Part shown: in pieces, positions 26,923-41,610 of the stretch
Position numbering within the stretch: position 1 is the stretch's first letter
Layout: each line of letters opens with the position of its first letter
Source: Macrostomum lignano
Lineage: Eukaryota
Direction of reading: 5' to 3'
Assembly: GCA_002269645.1 (NCBI GenBank)
Contig: NIVC01002935.1
Coordinates: 62,001-126,000 of the forward strand
Length of the DNA stretch: 64,000 nt
Program-made: the position numbers and the translations under genes
Notes under the pieces: generated by a model
Database searches by the model: none
What the model saw: the letters and a program-made list of their open reading frames with translations, nothing else
Told to the model about the DNA's origin: nothing

Positions 26923-27903
26923 GCAGACAGACACAGATGGGCAGACAGACACACAATGAAAGCACACTCAATAGCAGCTGATAGATGGACACAGAGCGGC
27001 AAGGATGGCCAGACTGACAAGCGCATCCAATAGTGTAAACAAAACGCAGGCCATCAGTGCGCAGCCAGCTGCAGATAAGCAGGAAGTTTCCCGACTGCTG
27101 TTTACAAGGCAGGTTACAAACTGGAAGCCGCAGCAGAATATTTATTTATGCATTCGCTGACGCCAGCACACACAATTCGGGACTACTAAAAGTAGGGCAA
27201 GTGGAGGCCCAGAGCAGCGCTGGAACTTGGCCGTTAAAAGTGCGCCACTGCGGCTCCAGCCAGGCCCATTTTTGGAATAAATTTATCCGCACAGGGTTCG
27301 CTCCTTGTAGAGGACTAGCGATGTTCAATCCGCTAGCGAAAACGCAAGAGTGCAGCAACAACTGACAGGAAACCTCCCTCTCTGCATTTGCAAGAAGACT
27401 CTGCAATAACCAAGGCAGGCAAAGTCTGCAGCCGACGAAGGCCTTCATGGACTGGACCGGTTTCTCTCCGGCTCTCAGTGGCAGCCAATCTCAACCACCC
27501 TCCCGCCCAGCGTACGCGCACAGGACTGGCGGGCAGCGGCCGGGCCGGGACAGGGCGAAACTACAGGCACGGGGATCGGCGAAGGCGGGCTTTGGGGTTT
27601 TTGCCCGCTTTTGGAAGCCATCATCCCGAGCGCCGCGGCCCAAGCAACTTATTATTCGGCGGAAACAAGCAAAAAGAGGTCGCAAATAAAACTTTTTCTA
27701 TAGCAAAATTTACGCAGCATAAATATAGTGTGGGATATATATTTGTAGACAGTTGACACGCATGGCCAGGTGGAAATCTTAATACATCACCGATTGATGC
27801 ATCACCCACTTGCCTACTAATTCAGCTGCATATCTACCCACGCAGCTACCTGCCTATTAGCCTACTAATCTACCAGCCTACTACGAATCCGTCTGTCTGT
27901 CTG

Positions 27904-27987
<84 letters not shown>

Positions 27988-28022
27988 CATCTATCCATCC
28001 ATCCATTTATCCATCCATCCAT

Positions 28023-28099
<77 letters not shown>

Positions 28100-28186
28100 C
28101 ATCTATCCATCCATCCATTTATCCATCCATCCATTTATCTATCTATCTATCTATCTATCCATCCATCCATTTATCCATCCATCCAT

Positions 28187-28277
<91 letters not shown>

Positions 28278-28278
28278 A

Positions 28279-28417
<139 letters not shown>

Positions 28418-28418
28418 A

Positions 28419-28475
<57 letters not shown>

Positions 28476-28484
28476 GATCGATCG

Positions 28485-28626
<142 letters not shown>

Positions 28627-28627
28627 A

Positions 28628-28682
<55 letters not shown>

Positions 28683-28683
28683 A

Positions 28684-28716
<33 letters not shown>

Positions 28717-31321
28717 GTTATCTGTCTATCTATCTACCCAGCCCATGACCCCAGCTGTCCGCAGTGAGTCACCGCAGGAGGGCAGCTCCCTCAGGACAGC
28801 TTTTGCAACATTTATAGCGCCACCTGGAAATCCTTTACCCTGGTAGCCGAGGCAATCTGCGGCCAAGAGGGGAAGGGGAATCGGGGACAGAAGCGGAACA
28901 ATTCGGTATCGCTCGACCCGATCGAGGTTGGGCTCGGGAAATTGGGAGAATTGGGGAGAATCTTGCGTTCGTTGGGCAAGCACACGGGGGATTTCTGCAA
29001 CACAAGCCAGATCTGCTTGCCCCGCCGGAATATACGAGTCGTAGATAAGGAAATAGTGACATTTTAAAAGGGCATCAGCTTTTACCAACTCTGCTGAGCC
29101 TGTCACATTCGCTGGCGCTAAATGGAGGCACAACACTGGCGCTAGTAACTGTTATTATAGCAAACATTCGCGTAAGCCTAATGCTAAAATATGGGCACAT
29201 GAAGACTGCTACGAAAACAGGGAGTGATGCAACACTCACATCGAATATTTCACTGCTTTTAAATAGTTTATGGGGATTAAATAAACGATAGCCATTTTGA
29301 ACAACGATAAGTCAGCAGTGCTAGCCGTAAGCCGCGGGACTTAACTTGGACTGCTGCCAGGCATATCCCACTCTCCATGGCCATGATGGAGAACAGGTAA
29401 ATTTGATAACTAATACCAGTTACAGGCTGGTTATCATTGTGATGATGGTGATAGTGATGATGATGGTGATGATGGCGATGATGATGCTGCTGATGATGGT
29501 GATGGCAATGATTATGGTGATGATGATCGTGATGATGATGATGATGGTGATGATGACGGTGTCGGTGATGATGGTGATGATGGTGATGATGATGATGGTG
29601 ATGACGATGACGGTGTCAATGATGATGGTGATGGTGATGATGATGATGGTGGTGATGATGATGGTGATGATGATGGTGATGATGATGATGATGATGATGG
29701 TGATGATGGTGATGATGATGACGGTGTCGGTGATGATGATGATTGTGGTGATGGTAGAAATGATTATGATGAAGATGGTGATTATGGTGCTGATGGTGGT
29801 GATTATTGTGATGTGTTGAACTACAAGCACAAAACCCTAGCAGAGGTGAATTCCCCTAGGAGACAGTGATAAAAAGGTGCATTGCAACGCAGCCAATGAC
29901 TGCAACTAACACAGGTGCCAATTCAATGACAGTGCAAGGTAATATAATAGGTGTATGAATTGTGTCACGTGCAAGCTAAAGTTATTAATTATATTATAAG
30001 TCAATATTTGTAACTATATAATAATTTCTCTGTTAAACTGTGTGCACAATATTATTATTTTCACTGTTGCCATAGCAACGCAGACGATTAAAAAATTCGA
30101 ACACTATGCATTGCTGCTCACTGTGGTAAGCGGGATTATAAAAAGTAAATTAAGAAATGCGGTAGCATAGAGACTACAATGACTGCATCGCTCAGATTTA
30201 CAAACCTGCATATGCAGAGGCAGATGCTGATAGCAGGGCAGCTGGCCAGGCTAGAGGAACAGTTTATTCAGAAAGCACTGTGAGTTTAGCATCAAATTAA
30301 AGACTGAAAAACACATGAAAATCATATCTAGACAGTGACAGGCGGGTGGCCAGATAGGTAACCAAAGGTGTGCTCAAGAGATCTGTGCCATCAGCAGAGC
30401 TTAAGTACAAGCAAAACTGTGCTGGAAGATGTAGGCAAATGCATAGAGTGAAAAAATATCCAAAAATTGACTGAAGAAGCTGCATCCGTATGGGGGTTGA
30501 GGACCAACGCACTGCGCACTGCAAACACGGTAACTACCGGCTAGCACTCCTTAGACTAACACAATTTGGGCAGCTCTATGCTGGCTCAGACTGTAGAGTG
30601 CAAGAGTAGGGTGTAGAAAGGGAGAACAGGATGTAAAGAGGGAGAGTAGAATGGAGGGAGAGTAGAATGGAGGGAGAGTAGAGTGGGTGGAGAGTAGAGT
30701 GGATGGAGAGTAGAGTGGAGGGAGAGTAGAGTGGGTGGAGAGTAGAGTGGATGGAGAGTAGAGTGGAGGGAGAGTAGAGTGGGTGGAGAGTAGAGTGGAG
30801 GGAGAGTAGAGTGGAAGGAGAGTAGAGTGGAAGGAGAGTAGAGTGGAAGGAGAGTAGAGTGGATGGAGAGTAGAGTGGATGGAGAGTAGAGTGGAGGGAG
30901 AGTAGAGAGGAGGGAGAGTAGAGTGGAGGGAGAGTAGAGTGGAGGGAGAGTAGAGTGGATGGAGAGTAGAGTGGAGGGAGAGTAGAGTGGAGGGAGAGTA
31001 GAGTGGATGGAGAGTAGAGTGGAGGGAGAGTAGAGAGGAGGGAGAGTAGAGCGGAGGAGAGTAGAGTGGAGGGAGAGTAGAGTGGAGGGAGAGTAGAGGA
31101 GGGAGAGTAGAGCGGAGGGAGAGTAGAGAGGAGGGAGAGTAGAGCGGAGGGAGAGTAGAGGAGAGAGTAGAGACAGTAAAGTATGAGAGAAGCAGAGAAG
31201 CAGAATTCAGAAGGCTGAGAGTAGAGCCCATGGACTGAGACAGGACAAGCCATATAGAGATGAGAGATGAGAGCATGCAAAAACCAATTAGCAAGCACAG
31301 CTGCAACTCAAGAGGCCTCAC

Positions 31322-31915
31322 CTGCACGGTGTCGCCGCAGCGGAACACATTGGGCCCAAAGCAGATGCCCAGATTAAGGGGCGACATTTTATTCTCGGCG
31401 TCCCTGTCGGCAACTCGGCGCAGAAACTCGGTCAGGTACTTCAGCAGCTTCCTGTTGGGCTCCGGCAGCCGGTCGATCAGTTCGGCGTAATCCCGGCACA
31501 GCCGGTTGGGGTCGCCGGCCGCGGCCTCGGCAGCCTGCACGAACTGCAGCGTGGCCTCGCTGTCCACGATGCCGTCCGGCAGCTCGCGGATGTACTGCTT
31601 CAGCACGCTGGCGATCGAGTGCACGTCGTGAATGTCGGAGAAGTCCACCACAGAGTGCTCGTCGAACAGGCGGCGAATCTGGTTAGCCATCCGGTTGTTG
31701 CCGTTGACGCGGAACAGGCCCTCGGTTGCCAGGCCGGCCTTGCTCAGGTGCTCGCAGATCTGCCGGACAATGTCCGGAACTTCCGCCGGCTGCTGCTGCT
31801 GGCTGCTGCCCCGGCGCCTGATGGCGACATCCAGCGGGGCGCCGAAAATGCTGCTGGCGCCGTTGGTGGCGCCGGCGCCGCTGCTGTCGGAGCGGCCGCG
31901 CCTGCTCGGCCACAT
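31322..31915 (-). CDS. FAM13: Duplicated copy of FAM13-like exon 1 (RhoGAP)
   Basis: Translation identical to 23217-23810; donor CAG|gtgagg retained. Confidence 0.75.
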
Positions 31916-34900
31916 GGAGGGAGTCCGAGGGGGGCCACCTGATTTTCAATTAGAGCGATATTATAATTGTTTGAGCAACTGGGATTTGAGTAACTGCAGG
32001 CTGAGACTGAGCTCACGTGCCGCCCATTCTCAATTGGAAGGCTCTGTTTTTCTCGATTCCTCCTATCTGGGAGATTGTTGAGTTGCTGCAACTGGGGAAG
32101 GCTGGAATGAAAGTGTATGCACATATTAATATTAATACAGAATATCAGTTTTTGTTAATAGGTGCCAAATTAACAATGGGATTACAGTGAGTGCAGCCAG
32201 GTATGAATGAATAAAATTTGCACTATTAAAGTAAAAAATTGCTTTTGTGGATTCTAGAATGAACCTTGGTTTTTTCTTAGCTAGCCCATAATTTAATAAT
32301 GTTGACAATCAAAAATAATTACTTTATGGTATAATATAAACACATGGATAGTTTGATTTCTTATTTGAAATATACATTATTATGAATATTTTTACCTAAA
32401 TTCAATTTGATTTAAATAGTAAGTAAGTTTGCTAAAATACACTAGCCATAGCCTAGCTTTTTTAACTTTATATACAAGCAGTATTTTAAAAATTGCGAGA
32501 TTTTTTTTAAACTTTTATCTGAAGTACCTAGAAGTAAATTGAAATTTTTACCCAACAATTCTAAATATATAGAAAACTAACAACTATAATTTAAACTTTA
32601 CATAATTACACTGTGTAATCTTAAATAAAAGTCTATGCTTCAAGATAGAAAATTACAATATTTGTCAATAGCAAAAGTAACCAAGTTTAAATGTGTTCAT
32701 CAAGTAAAAAATCTGCACCCTCATTTATTTCTTCAGTGGTTTTAGCACGCTCTAAAAAGCTGCCATTTTGTCATAGCAATGCATGCAAATTTTGAACACT
32801 CCATAGCCTTAATTAGAAGAAATATTCAACCAAATCATTTAGAAATTGAAACTTTAACCAATAATGCCATGCAGCTCAAAACAATGAAATTATTCCCAGG
32901 CAACTTTGCCTATAAAGAGCAGAAAGGCTTTTATCAGAAGTAGCCAAATTTAGCAGCAGAATTTAAAAAGCTTTCAAGTTCTGGACTTTTTAGTCTTTTT
33001 TTAGACAATTTTTTATGTCAAGGTATAGAATTTAAATAACAATAATTAACAAGTATGTGGTTATATAGAGTAAGATAAAGCTGTTAGTTTTTTATATGTA
33101 CTTGTAAAAAATTATTGCATAAAAATTAATAAGTTTATATGTTTATTCAGTCAAAAGTTATAACAAAATTCTTGTTACTTTTGTATTGTAACCCTTTGTA
33201 GATAATATAGTTCTAGTTTAAATAGTTTATTATAATCTATAATATATTTTTATTATCACACTTATACTAGAATTCATTAGTTTCATTTTTTTCTTAAATC
33301 AACCCTGGCATAAATGCCTAGTATGAGAACAAATAGAAAAATTAACTGGCATACATTCTTGGCTTTTGATATAAATTGCAGGATTTTGATAGTGGTATAT
33401 CTTCTAATTTCAATTAGTTCCATGTAGACATGCTAAATTTGGGAAATAGATACATAAAAAAACAATGTTTTTTAGTAAATTTAATAAAATGTATATAGAA
33501 AAAAAGTTAAATCTTGCCACAGCTTTTGTATAAAAACATTTTTATTATATTTTTGTTCAAGAAAATTTTAATATAGAAAAGAATGCATTGAACTAGTTTT
33601 TAAACAAAAACTCTTAGTCTTTATGATGACATAGTCTATTAGCCACATTTATTGATGCCTACCACCCCTCTATCCAGGAGGGTGTACCAGGCATATAATA
33701 AATCTAGTATAAAAGATGAAAGTTTGTCATTTTTTAGTATAATTCCAAGCATAAAATTGACTATAAATCATAATTTAGTCTCCCAAAAGGTTTTTGAAAA
33801 TGCTGATATCAAATTAAAGCTTTATTTCTATATATAGATTAAAACAAACCAAAAGCCAAATATGGCATAGGGAATAAAGGGCTTTTAGGATAAGGAGATT
33901 ATTGATAAAAAAAAAATAAGATTTTAGTAGACACAGAGCTCTATTAAAGTATAAGTATATTAGTATATTTTTCAACCATAGAGACTACCTATCCAAAAGT
34001 TTATAAAACCCTAAAATGAAACATAGAATATACAAGGTATATCCAGAAAGTTCTGACACTTTTAATCCCAGAGCAAAAAACAGTAGCAGTTGCAAGCACA
34101 ACTTTAATATCATGTACATGCATGCAATCTTCATTAAAAATATACATAGGTCAAAAAATTATATTTTGTTATTCAAATATTATTGTTATTATTATTAAAA
34201 ATACTCTAGGCCTATTGTTAGGATTTTGTACTAATGTAAGCCAGAATAAAATTTTCCCTAGCTTATGTATGCCAATGGACTTATAAGTATATTACATACA
34301 AAAATATGCCAAGAAAAAAAGAAAAATGACAACTTAAATTATAAACTTGCAAAGTTCAAATTGTTGAAAAAAATTTAATAAAAATGGATCCAATATTTTT
34401 ACATCATAAAGAACCAATTTTTTCTTATTGTTTTTGTTTTATCTTCAATTTTTTTATTCAAGTGAAGTTGAATAAAAAAAATTTTTCTATCATTTTTGAG
34501 ATCTAGCTACTTTTGATATTTTTATTATCAAAATTTGATAAAAATTTAGCTATTCTATCTATGCATATAAAGAATATGCCAAACTTGAACTTGGTAATTT
34601 TTTGTATGCCATCTATAATGTATAATGCACATTGATTAAGACTCATAACTTTGTCTTACTTGCTGTCCTAACAATTTTTATATGCCAAGCTATATACCAT
34701 AGGGTATGCTAGGCCCCTTTATATGCCAATTTGTAATGCCAAAATTTAATGATATATACTATACACCTGGCATATGCCAGATGCCAGATTCTGGCATATA
34801 TGTATTATGTTTCAAGTTTGAAAAAGCAATCTATAGCTATAGCCTATGGCAATAGACCAACTTTAAACATAAATTGTGATTTTATAATCACATGGATGGG

Positions 34901-35739
34901 CAAATAATACTAATATTAAATATATATATGCATTTTATATATATACTCTAGCCCTAGGCTTATACAAAAAACAAAAATTCAAAAGCCTATGACTACCTAA
35001 TCATTGTAATTTTTCTAAAATACTAGGGCCCAAATGCTAGCCTATGTATATAAAAAAGTTCATATGGAATTAGGACAGTCTTAGACCTAGTCCTATTCCT
35101 AAGTCACTTAGAAAAAATAAAAAAGGCAACAAATCAAAAGGGCAAATCAATAGGATGACAATCAAAAGGGTGACAATCAAAAGTTTAAGCTCAAATGTAT
35201 TAGACTTGTATTTGTCAAAATATACATGTATATGTTTGTTAAAAATGAATTTGTTAAAGTGTATAAATAGTTATAATATACTATATATTAGATTTCTATT
35301 GGCATTTAATATACATACATTAATGCACTAAGGACTATACTTTAGTATTTAGGGGTAAAAAACTAAAAAAAAATTTACAAAGCACATTTTTGAAAAAAAT
35401 ATACTATAAAGATATAGATTTTCAGTACAAAAATATTATTGCTTTTAATATAGGAGTCAAACTCAATTTTCATCTTTTGATATGTTTTGCCTTTTTTTAT
35501 AGCTTTGTTGATATTCATAAAGCTTTTCAATAGTCAGCTATGAATCATAGAATAGATTGTACATTCTAATCTTTATTGCTACTTATACATTTTAACAAAT
35601 TTAACAAATGCGCTTGCAAAAGGCTAGGCCTAATTTTAATTACTTGTTAATTTTTTAAAAATATATTTTAACACAAAAGTTTAATACATGTGAACTTGTA
35701 ATTCCAAAAATTTGGCATTCTTTCATTTTACGATCTCTT

Positions 35740-36240
35740 TTCTATCTCTCCTTTCATCTCTTTTCTATTTTTCCCATCTCCTGTCCTCTCTATTCTCTTC
35801 TCTTCTCTCTCATCTTGCTTATCTCTATTCTTTTTTCTACTCTTTCCTGTATCCCTTCTAGGATTTCTCATTTTTCGTCTCATCTCTCCCCTCTTCTTTT
35901 CTCTTTCCTTTGCTATTCCCTCTATCTCCTCTCTTCTCTCTTCTTTTAACTCTCTCCCCTATTATCTCTCCTCTCTCATCTTTATCTTATCTTTCTCCTC
36001 TCTCTTCCCTCCTCTCTTTTCTTTTATATCTTTTTTCTTATCTCATCTCTCCTCTCTCTTCTTGTCTCTCTTATTTGCCTCTTCCCATCTATTGTCCTTG
36101 CACTCCTCTTCCCTTATCCCTCTTCTTCTATCCACTGTCTCCTATTATATTTTATTTATTCTCTTATCCCTTCTCTCACTTCTCCTTTTTCTTATTGTCT
36201 ATTCATTCTTCTTTCCACTCTCATCTGCCCCTGTAGCCAT
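35740..36240. repeat. Pyrimidine-rich (CT) low-complexity tract
   Basis: Read directly from the sequence. Confidence 0.85.
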
Positions 36241-39200
36241 TAGCTAGATTCTTTATCTGGCCTTTGAGGTAAAAATCTGCTAATCCCTACTTTAAAAGCC
36301 AGTCATACTCATGTACTCTCCCAGTTGTACTCTCAAGGGATATAGTACTCTCATGGTTATTTTATTCTGTGGCCTATTTGTTGACTACTTTGATCACATT
36401 ATCTTTCTAGGCAATTTACAGTCCCTAGAAGAACTTGTATATTTCTAGCTCCATATTTCCACATATCTGATATTGTGGCTAACCTAGGGTTGATGCTTTA
36501 AAGTTTGTTCAATTATTAACTAATCATATATACAAACCTTTGTTGAGTCTTACAAACTATTCTACATAACTTTGCCTAGGAAAATAGTCTTCTTAAAATG
36601 ATTATTTATAAGGACCCTAAAGTAACAATACATTAAGTACAAATGCTAGGAGCTTAAGTGGCTACCTTAGTGTGCGGGTGCGCGGGTACCTTATAGAGAC
36701 TAAAATTATTTGTTTTGTTTAATTTAAACATTGATTTTATTGACAATTTCTTATCATTTCAATATACAATCGTTCAAGTCTAATACAATTCTACTATTGG
36801 TGCAATTGTAATTCTAAACCTATAAGCTCTTTCAGTTTTATCTTGCAATCACCTACATATAATTTCATCATTTAAATGATTATAAATGATCATATAATGA
36901 AATATTTGATACTATACTACAATAAAAATATGCTTTTAAAGAAGTAGTCTTATTTTGAAGTTTGATTTTAAGAGTAATTTTAACTTAACTTTTTTATATT
37001 CTATTGGAGGATTATAGGCCTATAACAAAAGTCCTGACTCTTATAAGGATAATGCTATGTGATTATAAAACAAAAGAATACCATTAATTTATTAGGACTA
37101 TTACCCAGACCCTTTTGACAACTATTGCTTTTTTTACCTATAATTGGTCATCTAGGGCCTTTGCTATTTAAGAATTTTATTTTAGTGGCCTTTCTTTTTT
37201 ATTTTCACTTTCAGTAGTAGAAGTCAATTAGATCAAAACAAAATATTTTTTGCATCAAACTTTTTTGTTTTGCTAAACAGTAGAGCAATTTTTCACTAGA
37301 ACAAGAACTAGAACTTCTTAGAAGCAACATAAAAATGCTCCTTTTTTATAAATTTTGGCATCGATTATATTACCCCTTCCAGTTTTACCTGAAAAATGCT
37401 ACTAATTGTTGAAATATCTTGATCATAAATAAAATAAAACCATATATGAAGGCACAGTCACAGACAAAACTTATACACTCATCCCCTTGTGTAGGACTAT
37501 TTGTCCAAAACCATGTTTTTATAATTGAATTACTGAATTTACTGTCTACGAATTTGACTGCTAGCTATTTGATAATTGTAAAATATCGTCCATTTGACTT
37601 GAAACAAACAGGTTGACGCTGCATATTCTAAACTTATCCTAATCCATAACCTTACCCTAATAACGAAATAACCTAACGCGCTTAGGCCTAAACTAAGCTA
37701 TTCAGGTCCTTATCTCAGATCCTTATCAGATCCATATCCTAACCTTATCTTAGTCCTAACATTAACCTAAATAACTAAATTATTCAGGTTAACTATTTCG
37801 TACCCATTCTAGCGTTCAAAAAATCTGTCTGTTTGGGGTAAACCCTAACGCCTGTTTGCAAAAGAAAATGAATCATTGTTTTTTATTCAAATATGTCACA
37901 TTTCTTTTCTTTTCCAAATTTGACTATTTTCTAATACCTAATACTAAAAAATTTAAGAAATAAATTTAGTGTTTGTCATTAGTTTTTAGTGGAAAAACAA
38001 AATAACAACGGCTTTGTACAATATCCATAAGAATTCTTTGTTTTAATGTGTACTTTTTACGTACTGTACATGTCGGGAAATTTATAAAGTAAAATATTTT
38101 TTCTGAGTAAAGTACAGATAAAGCAAGGGGCCAAGGGAATCCAAATGTAAGCGCACAATAATGAATATGCATGTTATTAATTTTCGTGCGTGATCCGAGG
38201 TTGTGATGAGCAGCATGAGTGCAAGGACTTAGCTTGTTTTATGTCGATTTTATGTCACCATGGTTCTTATGTATCTTTGAATAGTATAGAGAGACCGTCT
38301 CTGAATATTGTATCTATTTTTATAGCAGCTAGACGAGCCTCGCGGCTCACCAGATCGCCTCAGGATCAGAATTTCGGAGTGTGATGGCAAGACATTCAGC
38401 AGGTATACCGATCATGTCCCCCACATGTAATTTTCGTGGCACATCGTTATACTCCTCATCTTTAATTCACATTAAGACCTGCTCAAGGCTTATCCAGGCC
38501 TGTACGTGTACATGTAAAAAGGAGTTTCAGCACTGATGCGATGGCACATGAGCTTGCTTCCTTTATGTTACATGTAGCTCGTACACTTGCTGTACTATAC
38601 TACTGATCGCCTCCCTTCAGTAGTATAATTCTTCTCCCCTTCTACTTCTACACAATCTTGCCCAATTCTTTTCTTCCCTCTCTTTACAGTGCAAGTACAC
38701 GCATGTATCTTCTCTTTATCTTTTATCTGAACCGCGACACCGCGGCTGTATAAAGTTCGATGAGGATCATGCAAATTTCAGCATGTTTGCGTCATCTGCA
38801 GAATTGGGACCATCCGGGTCATCTGCACGCTTCTGAGTCAATGTCATCAAGTGATGATAGTGACAGTGACAGTATTATCAATAACAATGACATCATGATG
38901 ACACAATAATGTCATCACTGTCATATTGTCTCACTGTCACTGTCAATGACTCACTGTCATTGTCTATGACAATTAATACCATATCCATATGCACAAGCAC
39001 ATGAATTGTCTCATGAATGTATTTTAGTAGCCTTAAATAATGATTTCGAAGCGTTGAATAATGAGCGTACAGCCAAGAACATCTCAAATAGAAGGACGGT
39101 ACACTCAGCTTTCGTATAAATTTTTTGACGGCTGATTTTCACCGTAAAATTCATTGGCGAGGTAGGAAATTTTCACGTTTTTCATCCTTAATTAACTGCT

Positions 39201-40942
39201 ATGCTTGATTGCGGCCTTGCTTTAAAAAATCCCCCCAATATGTGAACACAAATATCATATTGTATTACTTTTTAATTCGACTGGGTCTATGCCATTTGTA
39301 TTTAGGCTCTTTTTATGACTTTTTCTTCAGTAAAAATTAATAAGAAAAGTTTACCCTTTTTTCCTTTTTATAATGTCAATCGTCAGTCTCCGCTAGAGCC
39401 TCCCGTGTCAAGCCAGTGGCCATCGGATGCGTGTATCTTTGTTCTTTAATCACTTTATGCCTTAGATGTAGCTAGCTACTACATGTTTATACGCTCCTAG
39501 TAACTAAAATCAGATAGCGTGCTTCAACTATAAATTTAGCTTTTATAAATAATAAGGTACATGTACTTTACTGTACTTGGCAATTCCGCCCTCGTACAGA
39601 TACAACCGTAAATGTAGCATTATTTTAAAGAGGAATAAATTCTGAACAAATCAGCGAAAGAACTAGCCCTCTACCATGCAAATAATTAAATAGTTACAGC
39701 ACTTGAAACAATCGGCCGCCAAAAAAAATTACACGATAACTGGAGTGTAACGTCCTTCTACTTGAGAAGTTCTTGCGTACAGCGTGTGGTACGATGCGAT
39801 GTCTGTGGATTTATCTTGGCTTCCACTGCAGTAGCTTACATGTGATTTGAATTGCACACTTGTAATTGCTTTTATTGTGCTGAGATGGATCATGGGTAGA
39901 AATTTTAGCAGATATGTAGTACTAAAAGTAGTTCGCTTCGATTAGATGTGTTAAATAAAGTATCAACTGATGAGAGAAAGTAAGTTTACGCCATGAGAAT
40001 TTGATATTGATACCTTTTTCAATACTTCATGTAAATATACGAGCTTAAATAGCTGAGATTTGCTTTGCACCAGTGGATCAAATGCAATTCAACTGTACAG
40101 GCCGTATCGATCTGTATGTTTCTACATGCATATGCAGTCTAAATCGTGCGAATCAGCAGGCATCCAAAATTAGCTCGTATAGACGCATGGCTTGTTTGAT
40201 GACAATATGAACGAATCTTAAGAGCCTGCAAAGTACATTTGTAACTTGTCTATCGACGTTGTTGGCAATTGTCGTTTGATGGAACAGCTGCTTAAACGGA
40301 GCAAACCCAGAGCCTTACTTGGTTCCAAACTTCCATAAAAGTGCATGCCATTGCACTGAGTACACACAGGCATTTGAGAAATCCTCTGAAGTAGAAGTCA
40401 GCAAACAAAGCGGGAGGCAGGAGCAGAAATTGTGTAAGTTATATTAATATTATAACTCATTAAAAACTCTGGTCGAGTCTTTAATGTAGTTACTAATAAA
40501 GTTTTCTCAATGCACTCTGAGGGAATATAATGCTTAGTGTGTCAGCTGCTATATTCATACGCATTAACGATTCGATCTAATTCTGCTCCTAACTTCAACT
40601 CAGCAAATGCAAACACACCTATATATTGTTGACTTTCAATTCTCTGTGCACATAGGCTGTATTAATCTAAAATGGTCCCTACGATTAGTGAGAAATTATT
40701 TCTCAAACTTATTGACACAGCTCAAAGTTACAGACCATTAGACATATACAGTGGCTTCAGATGGTCCTTTCGGCATAGCTTCTACTGTAGAATCGCTGCT
40801 ATTTTGAACTCTGCTTTCCATAAATGCTTGATTCCCAATACAATACGCTCGCACTAACTTAGCTATTTTTCCTCGCCATTTTCAGTATTTCCGTCTGTCT
40901 TCTGTCCGCTCCTTTGTCGAACTGATGAAACGGCAGCGCGGC

Positions 40943-41610
40943 TGAATCACATACCAGCTAGATACATGCACAACTTAGCAGTCCATGAATCACATACCAG
41001 CTAGATACATGCACAACTTAGCAGTCCATGAATCACATACCAGCTAGATACATGCACAACTTAGCAGTCCATGAATCACACACGAGCTAGATATACATGC
41101 ACAACTTAGCAGTCCATGAATCACATACCAGCTAGATACATGCACAACTTAGCAGTCCATGAATCACACACGAGCTAGATATACATGCACAACTTAGCAG
41201 TCCATGAATCACATACCAGCTAGATACATGCACAACTTAGCAGTCCATGAATCACATACCAGCTAGATACATGCACAACTTAGCAGTCCATGAATCACAT
41301 ACCAGCTAGATACATGCACAACTTAGCAGTCCATGAATCACATACCAGCTAGATACATGCACAACTTAGCAGTCCATGAATCACATACCAGCTAGATACA
41401 TGCACAACTTAGCAGTCCATGAATCACATACCAGCTAGATACATGCACAACTTAGCAGTCCATGAATCACATACCAGCTAGATACATGCACAACTTAGCA
41501 GTCCATGAATCACATACCAGCTAGATACATGCACAACTTAGCAGTCCATGAATCACATACCAGCTAGATACATGCACAACTTAGCAGTCCATGAATCACA
41601 CACTTAGCAG
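40943..41610. repeat. Minisatellite, 43 bp unit ATGAATCACATACCAGCTAGATACATGCACAACTTAGCAGTCC
   Basis: About 15 nearly identical units with no unique spacers. Confidence 0.95.

Noticed and set aside
37620-37850. CCTAAC-rich stretch as telomeric repeat or Helitron/Helentron end
   Set aside because: Too degenerate; no regular TTAGGG units and no clear hairpin plus CTRR end.
40943-41610. 43 bp repeats as a CRISPR array (also the 29, 23 and 39 bp arrays)
   Set aside because: Units are directly adjacent with no unique spacers, there are no cas genes, and the context is eukaryotic.
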